DNA from: Candidatus Binatia bacterium
Lineage (GTDB): Bacteria; Desulfobacterota; Binatia; HRBIN30; CADEER01
Assembly (NCBI GenBank): GCA_050176585.1
Contig: JBFXHX010000024.1
Location: 191-64,190 of the forward strand
DNA length: 64,000 nucleotides
Direction: 5' to 3'
Position numbers and translations under genes: made by a program. Under the pieces are notes generated by a model. The model was not told the origin of the DNA. It did no database searches and was given only the letters and a program-made list of their open reading frames with translations. The number at the start of each line of letters is the position of its first letter. The first letter of the stretch is position 1. Shown piece after piece: positions 19,332 through 29,348 of the stretch.

Positions 19332-20090
19332 TTATGGCCCCGCGATCAACTGCAGAATCTCATCGTGCACGAGGCCGTTCGAGGCGATGGCGCTGCTTCC
19401 GTACGCGGTCGGACGGCCGGTGAAATCGGTAAAGCGCCCGCCGGCCTCCTCTATGATGATCTTCAAAGCGGCGAGATCCCACGGCTTGAGGTCCACGTCG
19501 ATCATCGCCTCGGCCTGTCCGCGCGCGATGAACGTGTACCCGAAGTAGTCGCCGTACGCGCGCTGCCGACCCGACGCGTCGACGAGTCGTTCGTAAATGG
19601 GCCAGCATCCCGTGCTGCGCAATACGCCGGCGCCGCCGAACACCAGCATGGAGCGCTGGAGCGAGTCGACCGATGAAACACGCAGAGCGCCATGCTGGTC
19701 GAACGCCCCCTGCCCCTTTTGTGCGTACAACAGGTCGCCCGTCGCCGGCGCGTACACGACCCCGGTGGTGATCTCGCCTGCCTCTTCCAGCGCGATCAAG
19801 CTGGCAAAGTACGGGATGCGGCGGATGAAGCTTTTCGTGCCGTCGATCGGATCGATGATCCACTTCGGCCCCGTGCCATCGTGCTCGCCGAACTCCTCTC
19901 CCAGGACGGCACAGTCCGGAAAAGCCGACCGCAGCACGGCGACAGCCGCTTGCTCGGCCTCGCGGTCGGCAATCGTCACCGGTGAGCGGTCGCCTTTGCG
20001 CTCCACCGTGAGGTCAGTGCGGAAGTACCGCATCGCGACCGCGCCCGCGGCCCGGGCGGCGGCGATGGCGGTCCGGAGGCGCTGATCCAT
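19332..20090 (-). CDS. Inositol monophosphatase family protein (SuhB / histidinol-phosphatase HisN-like)
   Basis: 252 aa from the ATG at 20090 (AAGGAG RBS). IMPase motifs DPIDGT and the EE...WDxAA region. The long ORF 19332..20615 carries a spurious extension. Confidence 0.8.
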   Translation of the reverse strand: MDQRLRTAIAAARAAGAVAMRYFRTDLTVERKGDRSPVTIADREAEQAAVAVLRSAFPDCAVLGEEFGEHDGTGPKWIIDPIDGTKSFIRRIPYFASLIALEEAGEITTGVVYAPATGDLLYAQKGQGAFDQHGALRVSSVDSLQRSMLVFGGAGVLRSTGCWPIYERLVDASGRQRAYGDYFGYTFIARGQAEAMIDVDLKPWDLAALKIIIEEAGGRFTDFTGRPTAYGSSAIASNGLVHDEILQLIAGP

Positions 20091-20116
20091 TCGGCTCTCC
20101 TTGCGCCGCGCGACGC

Positions 20117-20518
20117 TCAACGCCAGCGCGGGAACAGGAACGGCACGGCACGCCGGTAACGCGCGTACGCGGCGCCGAAGCGCTTCGCCTGCACCGCATC
20201 GTCGCGCCGCGCCCGCATTAGCAGCGCAGTGCTGGCGAGCCCGCTCCCAACCGCTACCGACGGGCTCCACCACGCAATCGCCGCAGCCGCGGCGAGGCAC
20301 AGGCCGCCCAGTGTTTGCGGGTGCCGTGCGCGCCGGAATGGCCCCGCCAGCACCAGGCGCGGATGCTCGGGATGCGGCGGCGCGGCGGTCAGGCCGATCC
20401 AGCGCCGCCAACCGAGCACCAGCGCCGCCCAGGCGAGCCACCAAACGCCCGCGACGACGAGGGCGGGCACCAACACCGACCTCACCATGCCGGCAGCGTA
20501 GCGGGCGGACAGCCGCAT
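20117..20518 (-). CDS. Isoprenylcysteine carboxyl methyltransferase (ICMT)/PEMT-family small membrane methyltransferase
   Basis: Two to three TM helices. C-terminal motifs LVLAGPFRRARHPQTLGG and RFGAAYARYRRAVPFLFP. Start uncertain: ATG 20518 or 20488, neither with a clear SD. Confidence 0.55.
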   Translation of the reverse strand: MRLSARYAAGMVRSVLVPALVVAGVWWLAWAALVLGWRRWIGLTAAPPHPEHPRLVLAGPFRRARHPQTLGGLCLAAAAAIAWWSPSVAVGSGLASTALLMRARRDDAVQAKRFGAAYARYRRAVPFLFPRWR

Positions 20519-20729
20519 GCTCAAGATGCGGGGCGGAGCGTGGAAACACGGCCGCGTACTCGGGCCAAGGTGGTGATGGATTCGGAGCGCCGAATGGTAG
20601 AACGCGCGGCAACAACGGTCGTACAAGGCGCGAGGGCTATGACAGTGCCATCCACACGGCGCCGGGTCGCCGTGGAGGTCACGGGCAGCCGTGATCTGGT
20701 CCAGTGGATGTCCCGCCGCAGTGCGGACG

Positions 20730-21569
20730 TCACCGGCTGCTGCGCACCGCTTCCGCGATGCGCACGGCGTCGCGCGTCGCCGCCACATCATGCGTCCGGA
20801 TCACCGCGGCGCCGTGGAGTACCGCGGCGGTCGCAGCCGCGAGAGAGCCCGCCAGGCGGTCGGCGGGGTCCACGCGCCCGGTAAGCTCGCCGATGAAGCG
20901 CTTGCGCGAGGCACCGACGAGCAGCGGGCGACCGAGGTCGAGCAACTCGTCCAGCTTTGCCAGCACCCCGAGGTTGAACCGCGTGGGGCGCGTCGCCGAC
21001 GCGGCAAAAAAGCCGATGCCGGGATCGATGGCGATTGCGCTGCGGTCGATCCCCGCCGCGGCGGCTCGGGCAAGACTGTCTCGCAACGAGCGGCGCACGA
21101 GCTGCAACGGCGGTCCATCCGGGCCGCCGTCGGGCCCCGCCACGAGAATGACACCCGCGCTCGCCGCCGCCGCTTTCGCCATGCCGGGATCGCCCCGCAA
21201 CCCGCTCACATCATTGACAATGCGCGCGCCGGCCGCGAGACCCGCGAGCGCCACCGCGGCGCGCGCGGTGTCGGCGGAGACCGGCACGCCGACGGCGCCC
21301 GTGACCACCTCGACCGCCCAGGTGAGCGCTTTCAGCTCTTCGCCGAGCGGCACGTCGGCCCGCCGGTACGGAGCGGTCGAGCGCGCGCCGAGATCGATCA
21401 GATCGGCACCGTCCTGCACTGCGCGCTGCGCCGCATCGCGCAGCGCCGCGGCGTCGGCGTGCACCGAGCCCGGATAGAACGAGTCGGGGCTGACGTTGAT
21501 GGCCGCCATGAGGCGGACCGGTTGCTCGCCCCCTATCCTCACGCCCGCCAGTGTTGCCTCGGGCTGCAT
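20730..21569 (-). CDS. folP: Dihydropteroate synthase
   Basis: Pterin-binding domain: LMAAINVSPDSFYPGS, GADLIDLGARSTAP, IVNDVSGL, IAIDPGIGF, LVGASRKRFIG, IRTHDV. Start taken at Met42 of ORF 20730..21692 by analogy with E. coli FolP, which leaves a 10-nt gap to the upstream kinase. Coordinate is +/-1. Confidence 0.85.
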   Translation of the reverse strand: MQPEATLAGVRIGGEQPVRLMAAINVSPDSFYPGSVHADAAALRDAAQRAVQDGADLIDLGARSTAPYRRADVPLGEELKALTWAVEVVTGAVGVPVSADTARAAVALAGLAAGARIVNDVSGLRGDPGMAKAAAASAGVILVAGPDGGPDGPPLQLVRRSLRDSLARAAAAGIDRSAIAIDPGIGFFAASATRPTRFNLGVLAKLDELLDLGRPLLVGASRKRFIGELTGRVDPADRLAGSLAAATAAVLHGAAVIRTHDVAATRDAVRIAEAVRSSR

Positions 21570-21579
21570 GAATGACGGC

Positions 21580-22290
21580 TCAGCGTGGCAGCGCGAGGGC
21601 GAGGGTGGCGCGGCCGGGACGCTGCTCGACCGACAGCGTGCCGCCGTGCAGACCCGCGACCCCGCGGGCGAGTTCCACGGCGAAGGTGCCATCGTCGAAC
21701 CGGGAGATGATGTCCAACTCGGGCTCGACGCGCAGCGGAATCGTCAGCGTCAGTACGGCACAGCCGTCCTCGTCCGTGAGCCGCGCTTGCACCGAGCCGT
21801 TGCCGCTGCGCACCGCTTCGCGCAACACGCCGCGCAACGCGCAAGCGAGTTGCGCCCGATCGCCGCGGATGCGCGCGCCGTCAACCGCATCGGTGCGAAC
21901 GCACCCCGAGCGCCGCTCGATCACCTCGATCTCGGTCACCAGCTCATCGAGCAGCGCCGCGCCGTCCCATTCGGCGTCATCGGGAACCGCCCGGCCGTTG
22001 CGCAGGTCCGCGAGCAACGTGACCTCCTCGACGACCTGCAAGGCGCGGCGTGCATTCATCTGCAACCGTTCGCACAGATCCGGCCGCTCCACCTCGCCGG
22101 CTTCGGGAAGCGTCTCGGCATAATACGCGATCACCCCGAGCGAGTTGCGCAAATCGTGCACGAGCTGACTCAACAGGCCGCCGTCATCCGCGCGCGGCGG
22201 CGCCTCCTCCACCACTGCCCGCTGTCGCACCCTGTCCGCCATTCGCGGGCGGACGAGACGCAACCGACGTGCCATCAGCTGGGTCGCCAC
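21580..22290 (-). CDS. Sensor-less soluble histidine kinase (HisKA + degenerate HATPase_c only)
   Basis: 236 aa. GTG start with GGAGAGG RBS. H-box LSQLVHDLRNSLGVI. C-terminal G-box-like GVAGLHGGTLSVE. No TM or sensory domain. Lies 10 nt upstream of folP on the same strand. Confidence 0.65.
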   Translation of the reverse strand: MATQLMARRLRLVRPRMADRVRQRAVVEEAPPRADDGGLLSQLVHDLRNSLGVIAYYAETLPEAGEVERPDLCERLQMNARRALQVVEEVTLLADLRNGRAVPDDAEWDGAALLDELVTEIEVIERRSGCVRTDAVDGARIRGDRAQLACALRGVLREAVRSGNGSVQARLTDEDGCAVLTLTIPLRVEPELDIISRFDDGTFAVELARGVAGLHGGTLSVEQRPGRATLALALPR

Positions 22291-22351
22291 CGGTCACCTC
22301 TCCGTGCGCCCTGCCGCCGCGTGTCGGCGACAAAAAAGCATCGCTCGGACA

Positions 22352-23524
22352 TCATAGCGCCGCTCGGTATAACACGGACCACTCCCCGGGTGCAGACGGG
22401 CGAGCGCACACGTCGTCGCAGGCGCAGGCCGTCGTGCCGACGAACTCCACCTCGAGCGCCAGCGGCGTTGCGCGAAGCACGGCGAATCCGTTCTTTGACG
22501 CCGCGAAGCGGGTGTTCTCCCGCGCTCGCACCGGTCCGCAGCGCGCGGCGCTGCCCGAGATGAGCACGGGCGGCTGGCCGGCGTGCGACGGCGCCAGCCA
22601 CTGCAGGGTATGGTCGTGTCCGGCGAGAAACAGGTGCACGGAGTGGCGCGCGAACACGTCCGCCAGCCGGCGGCGATAGCGTGCGTAGCCCCATTCGTAG
22701 ACGTATTCGTCGCCGTATAGAAATGGGGGAAACACAAACAGGTGCAGTGGATAGTAGAGCGCTTTCAGGGCAGCGCCCGCGAACCACGCTCCGTCCTGCT
22801 CGCCGTTGGAGGCGAGCGGATGATGCGCGGCTACCAGGCGCCAGCGCGCTTTACCGTTCCCCAAGAGGTCCTCGAGCTGCTGCGCCGCGCGGGCGCGCTC
22901 CGACGCATCGGCTTCGATCATCGCCTCGCTGTCCAGTGCGACCAGCTGCACGAGCGGCGATTCGTACAGCACCTCGGGCGCGCCGCTCACAAACTGCCAG
23001 GTACCTCTCCAGGGCCGGTCCGGCTGCCAGCGGTCGAGATCGACCTGGTTGGCCAGACCGCCGAGGCGCTCGCACCCGTAATCGTGGTTGCCGGGGATCA
23101 CCCAGAACGGGACGCGGCCGCGCAGAAAATCATAGGGCCCGAGAACCTCTTTGAGTTGCGCGCGCACCGCAGCCGGATCGACCCCGCTCACCCAGGGCGC
23201 GCAGCGCGTATCCGCACCGATCAGCCCGTCCGGATAGAAGTTGTCACCCAGCACGAGCACCGCATCCGGTGCGGTGCCGGTCGCTTCCAGATAGCCGTGC
23301 AATGCCGCCGCCACCTCGCTATTGCGCCCGGCCGCGGACTCGCCGAAGTCCCCGACCGCGACCAGCGTGAACGCGCTCGGGGTGTGCGGCGGCGCGGGCG
23401 CCGGACGGCTCGCGCAGCGCGCGACGTTCGATCCCGGCCCGCCCACGGCGCCACATCCGACCGCCGCCGAAATCCACAGGGCCGATCCGGAAACAAGAAG
23501 CGATCGGCCGATGCGCGGCGACAC
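22352..23524 (-). CDS. Calcineurin-like metallophosphoesterase (purple-acid-phosphatase-like), exported/lipoprotein
   Basis: Signal/lipobox-like N-terminus (LLVSGSALWISAAVGC). Metallophosphatase motifs GDFG, GDNFY, GNHD, HHP and GHDH. GTG start. Confidence 0.8.
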   Translation of the reverse strand: MSPRIGRSLLVSGSALWISAAVGCGAVGGPGSNVARCASRPAPAPPHTPSAFTLVAVGDFGESAAGRNSEVAAALHGYLEATGTAPDAVLVLGDNFYPDGLIGADTRCAPWVSGVDPAAVRAQLKEVLGPYDFLRGRVPFWVIPGNHDYGCERLGGLANQVDLDRWQPDRPWRGTWQFVSGAPEVLYESPLVQLVALDSEAMIEADASERARAAQQLEDLLGNGKARWRLVAAHHPLASNGEQDGAWFAGAALKALYYPLHLFVFPPFLYGDEYVYEWGYARYRRRLADVFARHSVHLFLAGHDHTLQWLAPSHAGQPPVLISGSAARCGPVRARENTRFAASKNGFAVLRATPLALEVEFVGTTACACDDVCARPSAPGEWSVLYRAAL

Positions 23525-23546
23525 GGGGCACGCGAGCGCGGGCGAG

Positions 23547-24932
23547 CTACAGCATGGTGCCGCGCAGCATCAGCGCGGCGATGCTGAAGTAGATCACCAC
23601 ACCGGTCACATCGACGACCGTGGAGACGAATGGGGCGGAAGCCGCCGCCGGATCGAGGCGCAGCAAGCGCAACAGGAACGGCAACATCGATCCGGCAAAC
23701 GCCCCGAACAGCACCACGCCGACGGTGCTCGCACCAACGGCGCAGCCGAGCAGCAGGAAATGCTCGCCGTAGAGATCGGCGTGATCCGGCCACAACACCA
23801 CGCGCGCCACCCCGATCAGGCCCAGCCAGACGCCGAGCGCCAGGCCGGTAAACAACTCGCGGCCCAGCACTCGCGACCAGTCCCGCAGCCCTACTTCGCC
23901 TACCGCCATGGCGCGAATGATCAATGAGGTGGCCTGCGAGCCCGCGTTCCCGCCGCTGGAGATGATCAGCGGCAGGAAGAGCGCCAGCACCACCGCGCGC
24001 TCGATCGCCCCGGCGAAATAGCCCATCGCCGATGCGGTGAGCATTTGTCCGACGAACAAAATGGACAGCCAGCCCGCGCGCTTGCGCAGCATGCGGCCCA
24101 AACCGCTGTCGAGGTATGCGGTGTCGAGCGCTGCCATACCGCCGAGCTTTTGGATGTCCTCGGTCGCTTCTTCCTCGGCGACATCGGCGACGTCGTCCGC
24201 GGTGACGATGCCGACCAGAATGCCACGCGAATCGATCACCGGTAGCGCGATGCAGTGGTAGTGCTGCATCCGCCGCACCGCATCCTCGCGATCGTCGGTG
24301 GCGGACAGGGCGACGAACTTGCGGTCCATCAGCGACTCGACGGACTGTTGCGGATCGGCCAGCAGCAACTGGCGGATGTGCAGATCGTCGATCAGGCGTC
24401 CGCCCTCATCGATCACGTAAACGACATTCACCGTCTCGGCATCGCGCCCGTACCTGCGGATGTGCTCCATCGCCCGCGCGACCGGCCACTCGGCCTTGAC
24501 CCGCACATAATCGGGCGTCATGAGGCGGCCGACGCTATCTTCCGGGTAGCCCAGGATCGCCTGCGTGATGCTCCGCTCGGCGGGCGTGAGCAGCGCGATC
24601 AGCCGCTGCGCAACTTCCGCCGGCAACTCCTCCAGAAGGCGGGTCCGATCGTCCGGCTCGAGCTCGTTGATCAACGCCGCCACGCGCTCGGTACCGAGGT
24701 TCGCGATCAAGTGCTGCTGCTGATCGGAGTCGAGGTAGCTGAACACTTCCGTCGCCGGATCGCGCGGCAGCAGCCGAAACAGCAGCGCCGCTTGGTCGGG
24801 AGCGAGGCTGTCGATGAGATCGGCGAGATCCGCCGGCTCGAAATGGAGCAGTGCGTCGCGCAGCTCATCGAAATGACGCTGCGCCAGCAGCTCCCCGATC
24901 TCGGGCCCGACGAGGCTGTTGAGCGCGTTCAT
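23547..24932 (-). CDS. mgtE: Magnesium transporter MgtE
   Basis: 461 aa. N-terminal MgtE_N domain, tandem CBS domains, C-terminal 5-TM channel with the PLIISSGGNAGSQ signature. Confidence 0.9.
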   Translation of the reverse strand: MNALNSLVGPEIGELLAQRHFDELRDALLHFEPADLADLIDSLAPDQAALLFRLLPRDPATEVFSYLDSDQQQHLIANLGTERVAALINELEPDDRTRLLEELPAEVAQRLIALLTPAERSITQAILGYPEDSVGRLMTPDYVRVKAEWPVARAMEHIRRYGRDAETVNVVYVIDEGGRLIDDLHIRQLLLADPQQSVESLMDRKFVALSATDDREDAVRRMQHYHCIALPVIDSRGILVGIVTADDVADVAEEEATEDIQKLGGMAALDTAYLDSGLGRMLRKRAGWLSILFVGQMLTASAMGYFAGAIERAVVLALFLPLIISSGGNAGSQATSLIIRAMAVGEVGLRDWSRVLGRELFTGLALGVWLGLIGVARVVLWPDHADLYGEHFLLLGCAVGASTVGVVLFGAFAGSMLPFLLRLLRLDPAAASAPFVSTVVDVTGVVIYFSIAALMLRGTML

Positions 24933-25199
24933 GGCCGGCTATTCGTGTTATGGCGCGCCGGCCAGAATCGCTCTGAGTGAAGCTTCAGGAGCGCTGGTCG
25001 ACGCGGCGGTAGATCAGACTACTCGGTCCGTCGTCCATTGCGATTTGCCAACTTAGCGCAGAATGCGGGACGGCGAAAGTGCGTATGTACGCGTTCGCCG
25101 GCCCCGCACCTCCCCGCCGCCGCTCTCCGGCCGCCCGGGGCCGGTTGGACCGAACCCGGCGGCCTCCCTTCGCCGGGCGGCCCATGCTACGAGGGCGCA

Positions 25200-26099
25200 A
25201 TGGCCCGACCGCTCACCCGGCTCGCCGATCTCGAGTCGGCCATCGACCAGGTGGCCGACAGCTACCGCGGCGAGGAAGCGATCAACAGCCTGGAAAGCGC
25301 CGCGCTCCCCAACAAGCGGGCCGTGATCGATGCCTTCAACCATCTAAAACCGGTCATCTACTTGGGGTTTTACAGCACCCGGGCACTCGCGCGCGAAAAC
25401 CTGCGCCACACGATCGCCGAGCACCTGTATCCAGCGTACGAGATTCTGGTCGATCAAATCTTCCGCGTGCTCAGCTACGAGAAGGCGATGGGTCGCGATC
25501 CGGCCGTCCGCGGTCCGGAGTGGAGTGAGGAGCTCGTGCTGCGCTTCTTTCGCGCCCTACCGGCCCTGCGCCGCACGCTGAACGGCGACGTCATGGCGGC
25601 GTACGACGGCGATCCCGCCGCCAAGAGCGTCGAGGAAGTCGTCTTCAGCTATCCGGCGATCGAGGCGATCACCGCCTACCGGGTCGCCCACCTGCTCTAC
25701 CAGGATGGCGTGCCGATGATCCCGCGGATCATCTCCGAGTACGCGCATGGCAAGACCGGCATCGACATACACCCGGGTGCCCGCATCGGCGAGCGCTTCT
25801 TCATCGACCACGGCACGGGGGTAGTGATCGGCGAAACCGCGGTCATCGGCAGCAACGTGAAAATTTATCAGGGCGTCACCCTCGGCGCGCTGAGCATCCC
25901 GCGCAGCGGTGAGGACGCCCTCCGCTCGGCGCGCCGCCATCCGACCATCGAGGACAACGTGACGATCTATTCGGGCGCCACCATCCTGGGTGGCGATACG
26001 GTGATCGGCGCCGGGTCGGTGATCGGCGGCAATGTGTGGCTGGTCCATTCGGTGCCGCCCGGCTCCAAGATCAGTCACGACGCGCTCGAGAAGCGCTGA
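25200..26099 (+). CDS. cysE: Serine O-acetyltransferase (long form with N-terminal helical domain)
   Basis: ATG at 25200 with GAGGG 5 nt upstream. Left-handed beta-helix hexapeptide repeats (GIDIHPGARIGERFFIDHGTGVVIGETAVIGSNV...). Confidence 0.85.
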   Translation: MARPLTRLADLESAIDQVADSYRGEEAINSLESAALPNKRAVIDAFNHLKPVIYLGFYSTRALARENLRHTIAEHLYPAYEILVDQIFRVLSYEKAMGRDPAVRGPEWSEELVLRFFRALPALRRTLNGDVMAAYDGDPAAKSVEEVVFSYPAIEAITAYRVAHLLYQDGVPMIPRIISEYAHGKTGIDIHPGARIGERFFIDHGTGVVIGETAVIGSNVKIYQGVTLGALSIPRSGEDALRSARRHPTIEDNVTIYSGATILGGDTVIGAGSVIGGNVWLVHSVPPGSKISHDALEKR

Positions 26100-26157
26100 G
26101 CTGCGCGCTTCGTTCCATTCGTTGCGCCGCCCCCGGGTGCGGGTTATGCGAGGGGCA

Positions 26158-27360
26158 ATGACGACGGATGGCCCCGACTGGCGCGACCTCGATCTGTTCG
26201 CACCGACCGACGAGCACCGGTTGCTGGCCGAGACTGTCGCCGTGTTCGTCTCGCGTGAGGTGGAGCCGCAGGCCGCCGCCTTCAATCGCGAGGAGCGCTT
26301 CAACATCGCCCTCTTTCGCCGCTGCGGCGAGCTCGGCCTGCTCGGACTGACCGTGCCGGAGGAGGACGGCGGCGCCGGGCTCGACGCGACCGCCGCGGTG
26401 ATCGTGCACGAAGCGCTCTCCACCGCCGATCCCGCGTTCTGCCTCGCCTACCTCGCCCACAGCGTCCTGTTCGTGAACAACCTCTGCCACAATGCCTCGG
26501 TGGCGCAGCGCCGGCGGTTCCTGCCGCCGACCATCAGCGGCGAACGCATCGGCGGCATGTGCATGACCGAGCCCGGCGCCGGCACGGACGTGCTCGCCAT
26601 GCGGACCACCGCACGCCGAGAGGGCGACTCCTACGTGATCGACGGTCGCAAAACGTTCATCACCAACGGCGCCATCGATGACGACACTCTCGGCGACGTC
26701 TTCCTGGTGTACGCCCGCACCGGCGAGCGCAGCATCTCCACGTTGATCGTCGAACGCGGGGCGCCGGGGTTCTCGCTGGGACAGCGCTTGAAAGAGAAGC
26801 TCGGGATGCGGGCATCGGCGACCGCGGAGCTCGTGTTCGACAACTGCCGCGTGCCCGCGGAACAACTGCTCGGCGCCGAGGGCGAGAGCCTGCTGCACAT
26901 GATGCGCAACCTCGAGCTCGAGCGCCTGACGCTGGCGGCGATGTCGCTCGGCATCGCGCAGCGGTGCCTGCGGGTGATGGTCGACTATGCCAACGAGCGC
27001 CGGGCGTTTGGCGTCCCGATTCGCGAGCACGGCCAGATCCAGCGCCACATCGCGGAGTCGTACGCCGAGTACAAAGCGGCGCGCTGCTACGTCTACGATA
27101 CCGCCCGCCGGCTCGATCTCCGCCGCCACGGCAACCGGGTCGACGCCGATGCGACCAAGCTCTTCGCCGCGCGCGTCGCCAAGGAGATCGCCGACCGCGC
27201 CATTCAGGTGCTGGGCGGCTATGGGTACATGGGCGAGTACGTGGTCGAGCGACTCTGGCGCGACGCCAAGCTGCTCGAAATCGGCGGCGGAACGCTCGAG
27301 GCGCATCAAAAGAACATCACCAAAGACCTGGCCCGGGCGCCGGAGCTCGTCGCCCGCTGA
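26158..27360 (+). CDS. Acyl-CoA dehydrogenase (isovaleryl-CoA dehydrogenase-like)
   Basis: 400 aa from the ATG at 26158 (GAGGGG RBS). ACAD N, M and C domains. Catalytic-base region GGYGYMGEYVVERLWRDAKLLEIGGGT. Confidence 0.88.
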   Translation: MTTDGPDWRDLDLFAPTDEHRLLAETVAVFVSREVEPQAAAFNREERFNIALFRRCGELGLLGLTVPEEDGGAGLDATAAVIVHEALSTADPAFCLAYLAHSVLFVNNLCHNASVAQRRRFLPPTISGERIGGMCMTEPGAGTDVLAMRTTARREGDSYVIDGRKTFITNGAIDDDTLGDVFLVYARTGERSISTLIVERGAPGFSLGQRLKEKLGMRASATAELVFDNCRVPAEQLLGAEGESLLHMMRNLELERLTLAAMSLGIAQRCLRVMVDYANERRAFGVPIREHGQIQRHIAESYAEYKAARCYVYDTARRLDLRRHGNRVDADATKLFAARVAKEIADRAIQVLGGYGYMGEYVVERLWRDAKLLEIGGGTLEAHQKNITKDLARAPELVAR

Positions 27361-27456
27361 TCGGGCGACCGGGCATCCGTAAAGCGAGCGTGGGCAGCGG
27401 CGACAGAACCGGGCAGATGCGTCTCGTTCCAGTTCATCCGCCGCGCTGCTGATCCG

Positions 27457-28287
27457 ATGCCGGTCAGCGAGTTCGACGTACGCATCTACGACCTCGATGC
27501 CTTCGGCGATCTCCGCACCCACGTGCTGCTGCGGTTTCTCTGGCAGGCCGCGTCGGAGGCCTCCGCGGCGGCGGGCTTCGACGTCGACTGGTACGAGCGG
27601 CACGGCACGCTCTGGGTGATCCGCCGCACGCAGCTGGAGGTCCACAGGCCGATCGCGCACCGGGAACAGCTGCGCGTGCATACGGAAGTGGTGGACATTC
27701 GCCGCGTGCGCTCGCAGCGCGCGTACGCGGTACGGCGCACCGACGATGAAGCGGTGGTGGCGGAAGCGATCACGGATTGGGTGTACGTCGACCTGGCCCG
27801 CCGCGGCCTCGCTCAACCGCCGCCGGCCATGCAGCAGGCCTTCATGCCACGGGGTGTTGTCAGCCGCGCGCGCCCAGCGAGCCTGGCCAGCGCGCCGCCC
27901 GCAAGCGCATGGCGAGGGACCCGCAAGGTCGAGCTCGCAGATCTCGACACGGTGGCCCATGTGAACAACACCCGGTACGCGGTGTTCGTAGAGCAAGCCG
28001 TCTGGGACGCGCTGCAAGCGCACGGCTGGACCGTCGATCCCACGGCGCGGGGCGCGCGCTTGCGGCTGGCATCGCACGATCTCGAGTATTTCGATCCCGC
28101 GCGGTACGGCGAAACCATCGCAACAGCGGTGTGGGTATCCGCGCGCGCCGATTACGCTTTCACCACCGAGTGCCAACTCGCGGGGCCGCGCGGGCTGCTG
28201 TTGCACGCGCGCAGCACCTGGCGGTGGACCGACAGCGACGTGCCGCAAGTGCTGCGGCGGGCCGTCGAGCGCCTGAGCGCGGCTTAG
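27457..28287 (+). CDS. Acyl-ACP/acyl-CoA thioesterase-like double hot-dog protein
   Basis: 276 aa. Two hot-dog halves (YERHGTLWVIRRTQLEVHRP... and TVAHVNNTRYAVFVEQAVWDAL...). No clear SD. Confidence 0.55.
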   Translation: MPVSEFDVRIYDLDAFGDLRTHVLLRFLWQAASEASAAAGFDVDWYERHGTLWVIRRTQLEVHRPIAHREQLRVHTEVVDIRRVRSQRAYAVRRTDDEAVVAEAITDWVYVDLARRGLAQPPPAMQQAFMPRGVVSRARPASLASAPPASAWRGTRKVELADLDTVAHVNNTRYAVFVEQAVWDALQAHGWTVDPTARGARLRLASHDLEYFDPARYGETIATAVWVSARADYAFTTECQLAGPRGLLLHARSTWRWTDSDVPQVLRRAVERLSAA

Positions 28288-28580
28288 CCATGTCGCGCAC
28301 GCGATGCCGTATCGGCGTTGCGCACTCGAGCGCAGCCGGCGCGCAGCGCGGCGAATGCGATCATTTGACGGTACCGGCGGTCCAGGGTAGGTACCAGGCG
28401 AAATTGGATCGTCCGACCTGCGGTTCAGGCTCTCATCGAGGCTCCGAGTCAGCGGCACGACACTTACTGCATTGGTGGGCACGCCCGGCTGGGATGCAGG
28501 GCGCCGCGGCGTCAGCGCATCGAACAAGCAGTCTGCCGACACACGCGCGCACTGCCACTAGAACGACGAAGGGATACGAC

Positions 28581-29228
28581 ATGAGCTCCTCGGAAAAAGC
28601 AATTTTCGAGCACCAGGGTTTCGGACAGACCATGGGTCTCGGGCAGTCCCCTGCGCTCGTGGTCGTGGATTTCGTCGTCGCTTTCGACGATCCCAAACAG
28701 TTCGGCGGTGGCAACATCCATCCCGCGGTCGAGCAGACGGCGGGACTCCTCCAGTTCTGCCGCGCACAGCGCTATCCGATCGCTTTCACCCGCTATGTGT
28801 TTGCCGAGGACGGGAGCGACGGGAATTTGCTTACCGCCAAGGTGCCGAAGCTGCTCTCGCTCACCGAGAACAGTCCCAATGGCGCGGTCGTGCCGGAGCT
28901 GACCCCGGTTCCGGGCGAGCTGATCGTGCGCAAGCGCAATGCATCGGCATTCTTTCAGACTGATTTCTCGAGCTGGCTCGCTCGGCACCGCGTCGACACC
29001 TTGATCATCACCGGTTGCGTGACCTCCGGCTGCGTGCGCGCCACGGCGGTGGATTCGCTCGGGTTCGGATATCGCCCGATCGTGGTGACCGACTGCGTCG
29101 GGGACCGCGCCATCGCCCCGCACGACGCGAGCTTGTTCGACATGCAGCAGAAGTACGCCGATCTCTACACGCGGGATCAGTTGATCGCCGCATTGTCCGG
29201 GCGCCGTCCGACCACCGCCGCGGCCTGA
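28581..29228 (+). CDS. Isochorismatase-family cysteine hydrolase (RutB / N-carbamoylsarcosine amidase-like)
   Basis: 215 aa. AAGGGA RBS. Catalytic triad context VVVDFVVAF (Asp), K in the RKRNASAFF region, and TGCVTSGCVRATAVD (Cys). Confidence 0.8.
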   Translation: MSSSEKAIFEHQGFGQTMGLGQSPALVVVDFVVAFDDPKQFGGGNIHPAVEQTAGLLQFCRAQRYPIAFTRYVFAEDGSDGNLLTAKVPKLLSLTENSPNGAVVPELTPVPGELIVRKRNASAFFQTDFSSWLARHRVDTLIITGCVTSGCVRATAVDSLGFGYRPIVVTDCVGDRAIAPHDASLFDMQQKYADLYTRDQLIAALSGRRPTTAAA

Positions 29229-29348
29229 GCCGAACCGCCGTGCCGCCGAGACGACAGTGACACCCGGCCTCACCCGCGCGGTCCGAACGAAAACACAAAA
29301 ACCCATTCGCCGCGGCTAGCCTGCGCCTGCATTGCGAAAGAGACCCAC

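Noticed and set aside
21541-21610. Apparent 1-nt discrepancies between my line-based coordinates and ORF-track coordinates (for example folP start 21568 versus 21569; aminotransferase start 40308 versus 40309)
   Set aside because: Most likely my counting error in long lines. ORF-track frame arithmetic was used for all reported coordinates. Treat starts as +/-1-3 nt.
26071-28542. 823-aa minus-strand ORF spanning the ACAD and thioesterase genes
   Set aside because: Antisense GC artefact. The plus-strand genes have clear family motifs and RBSs.
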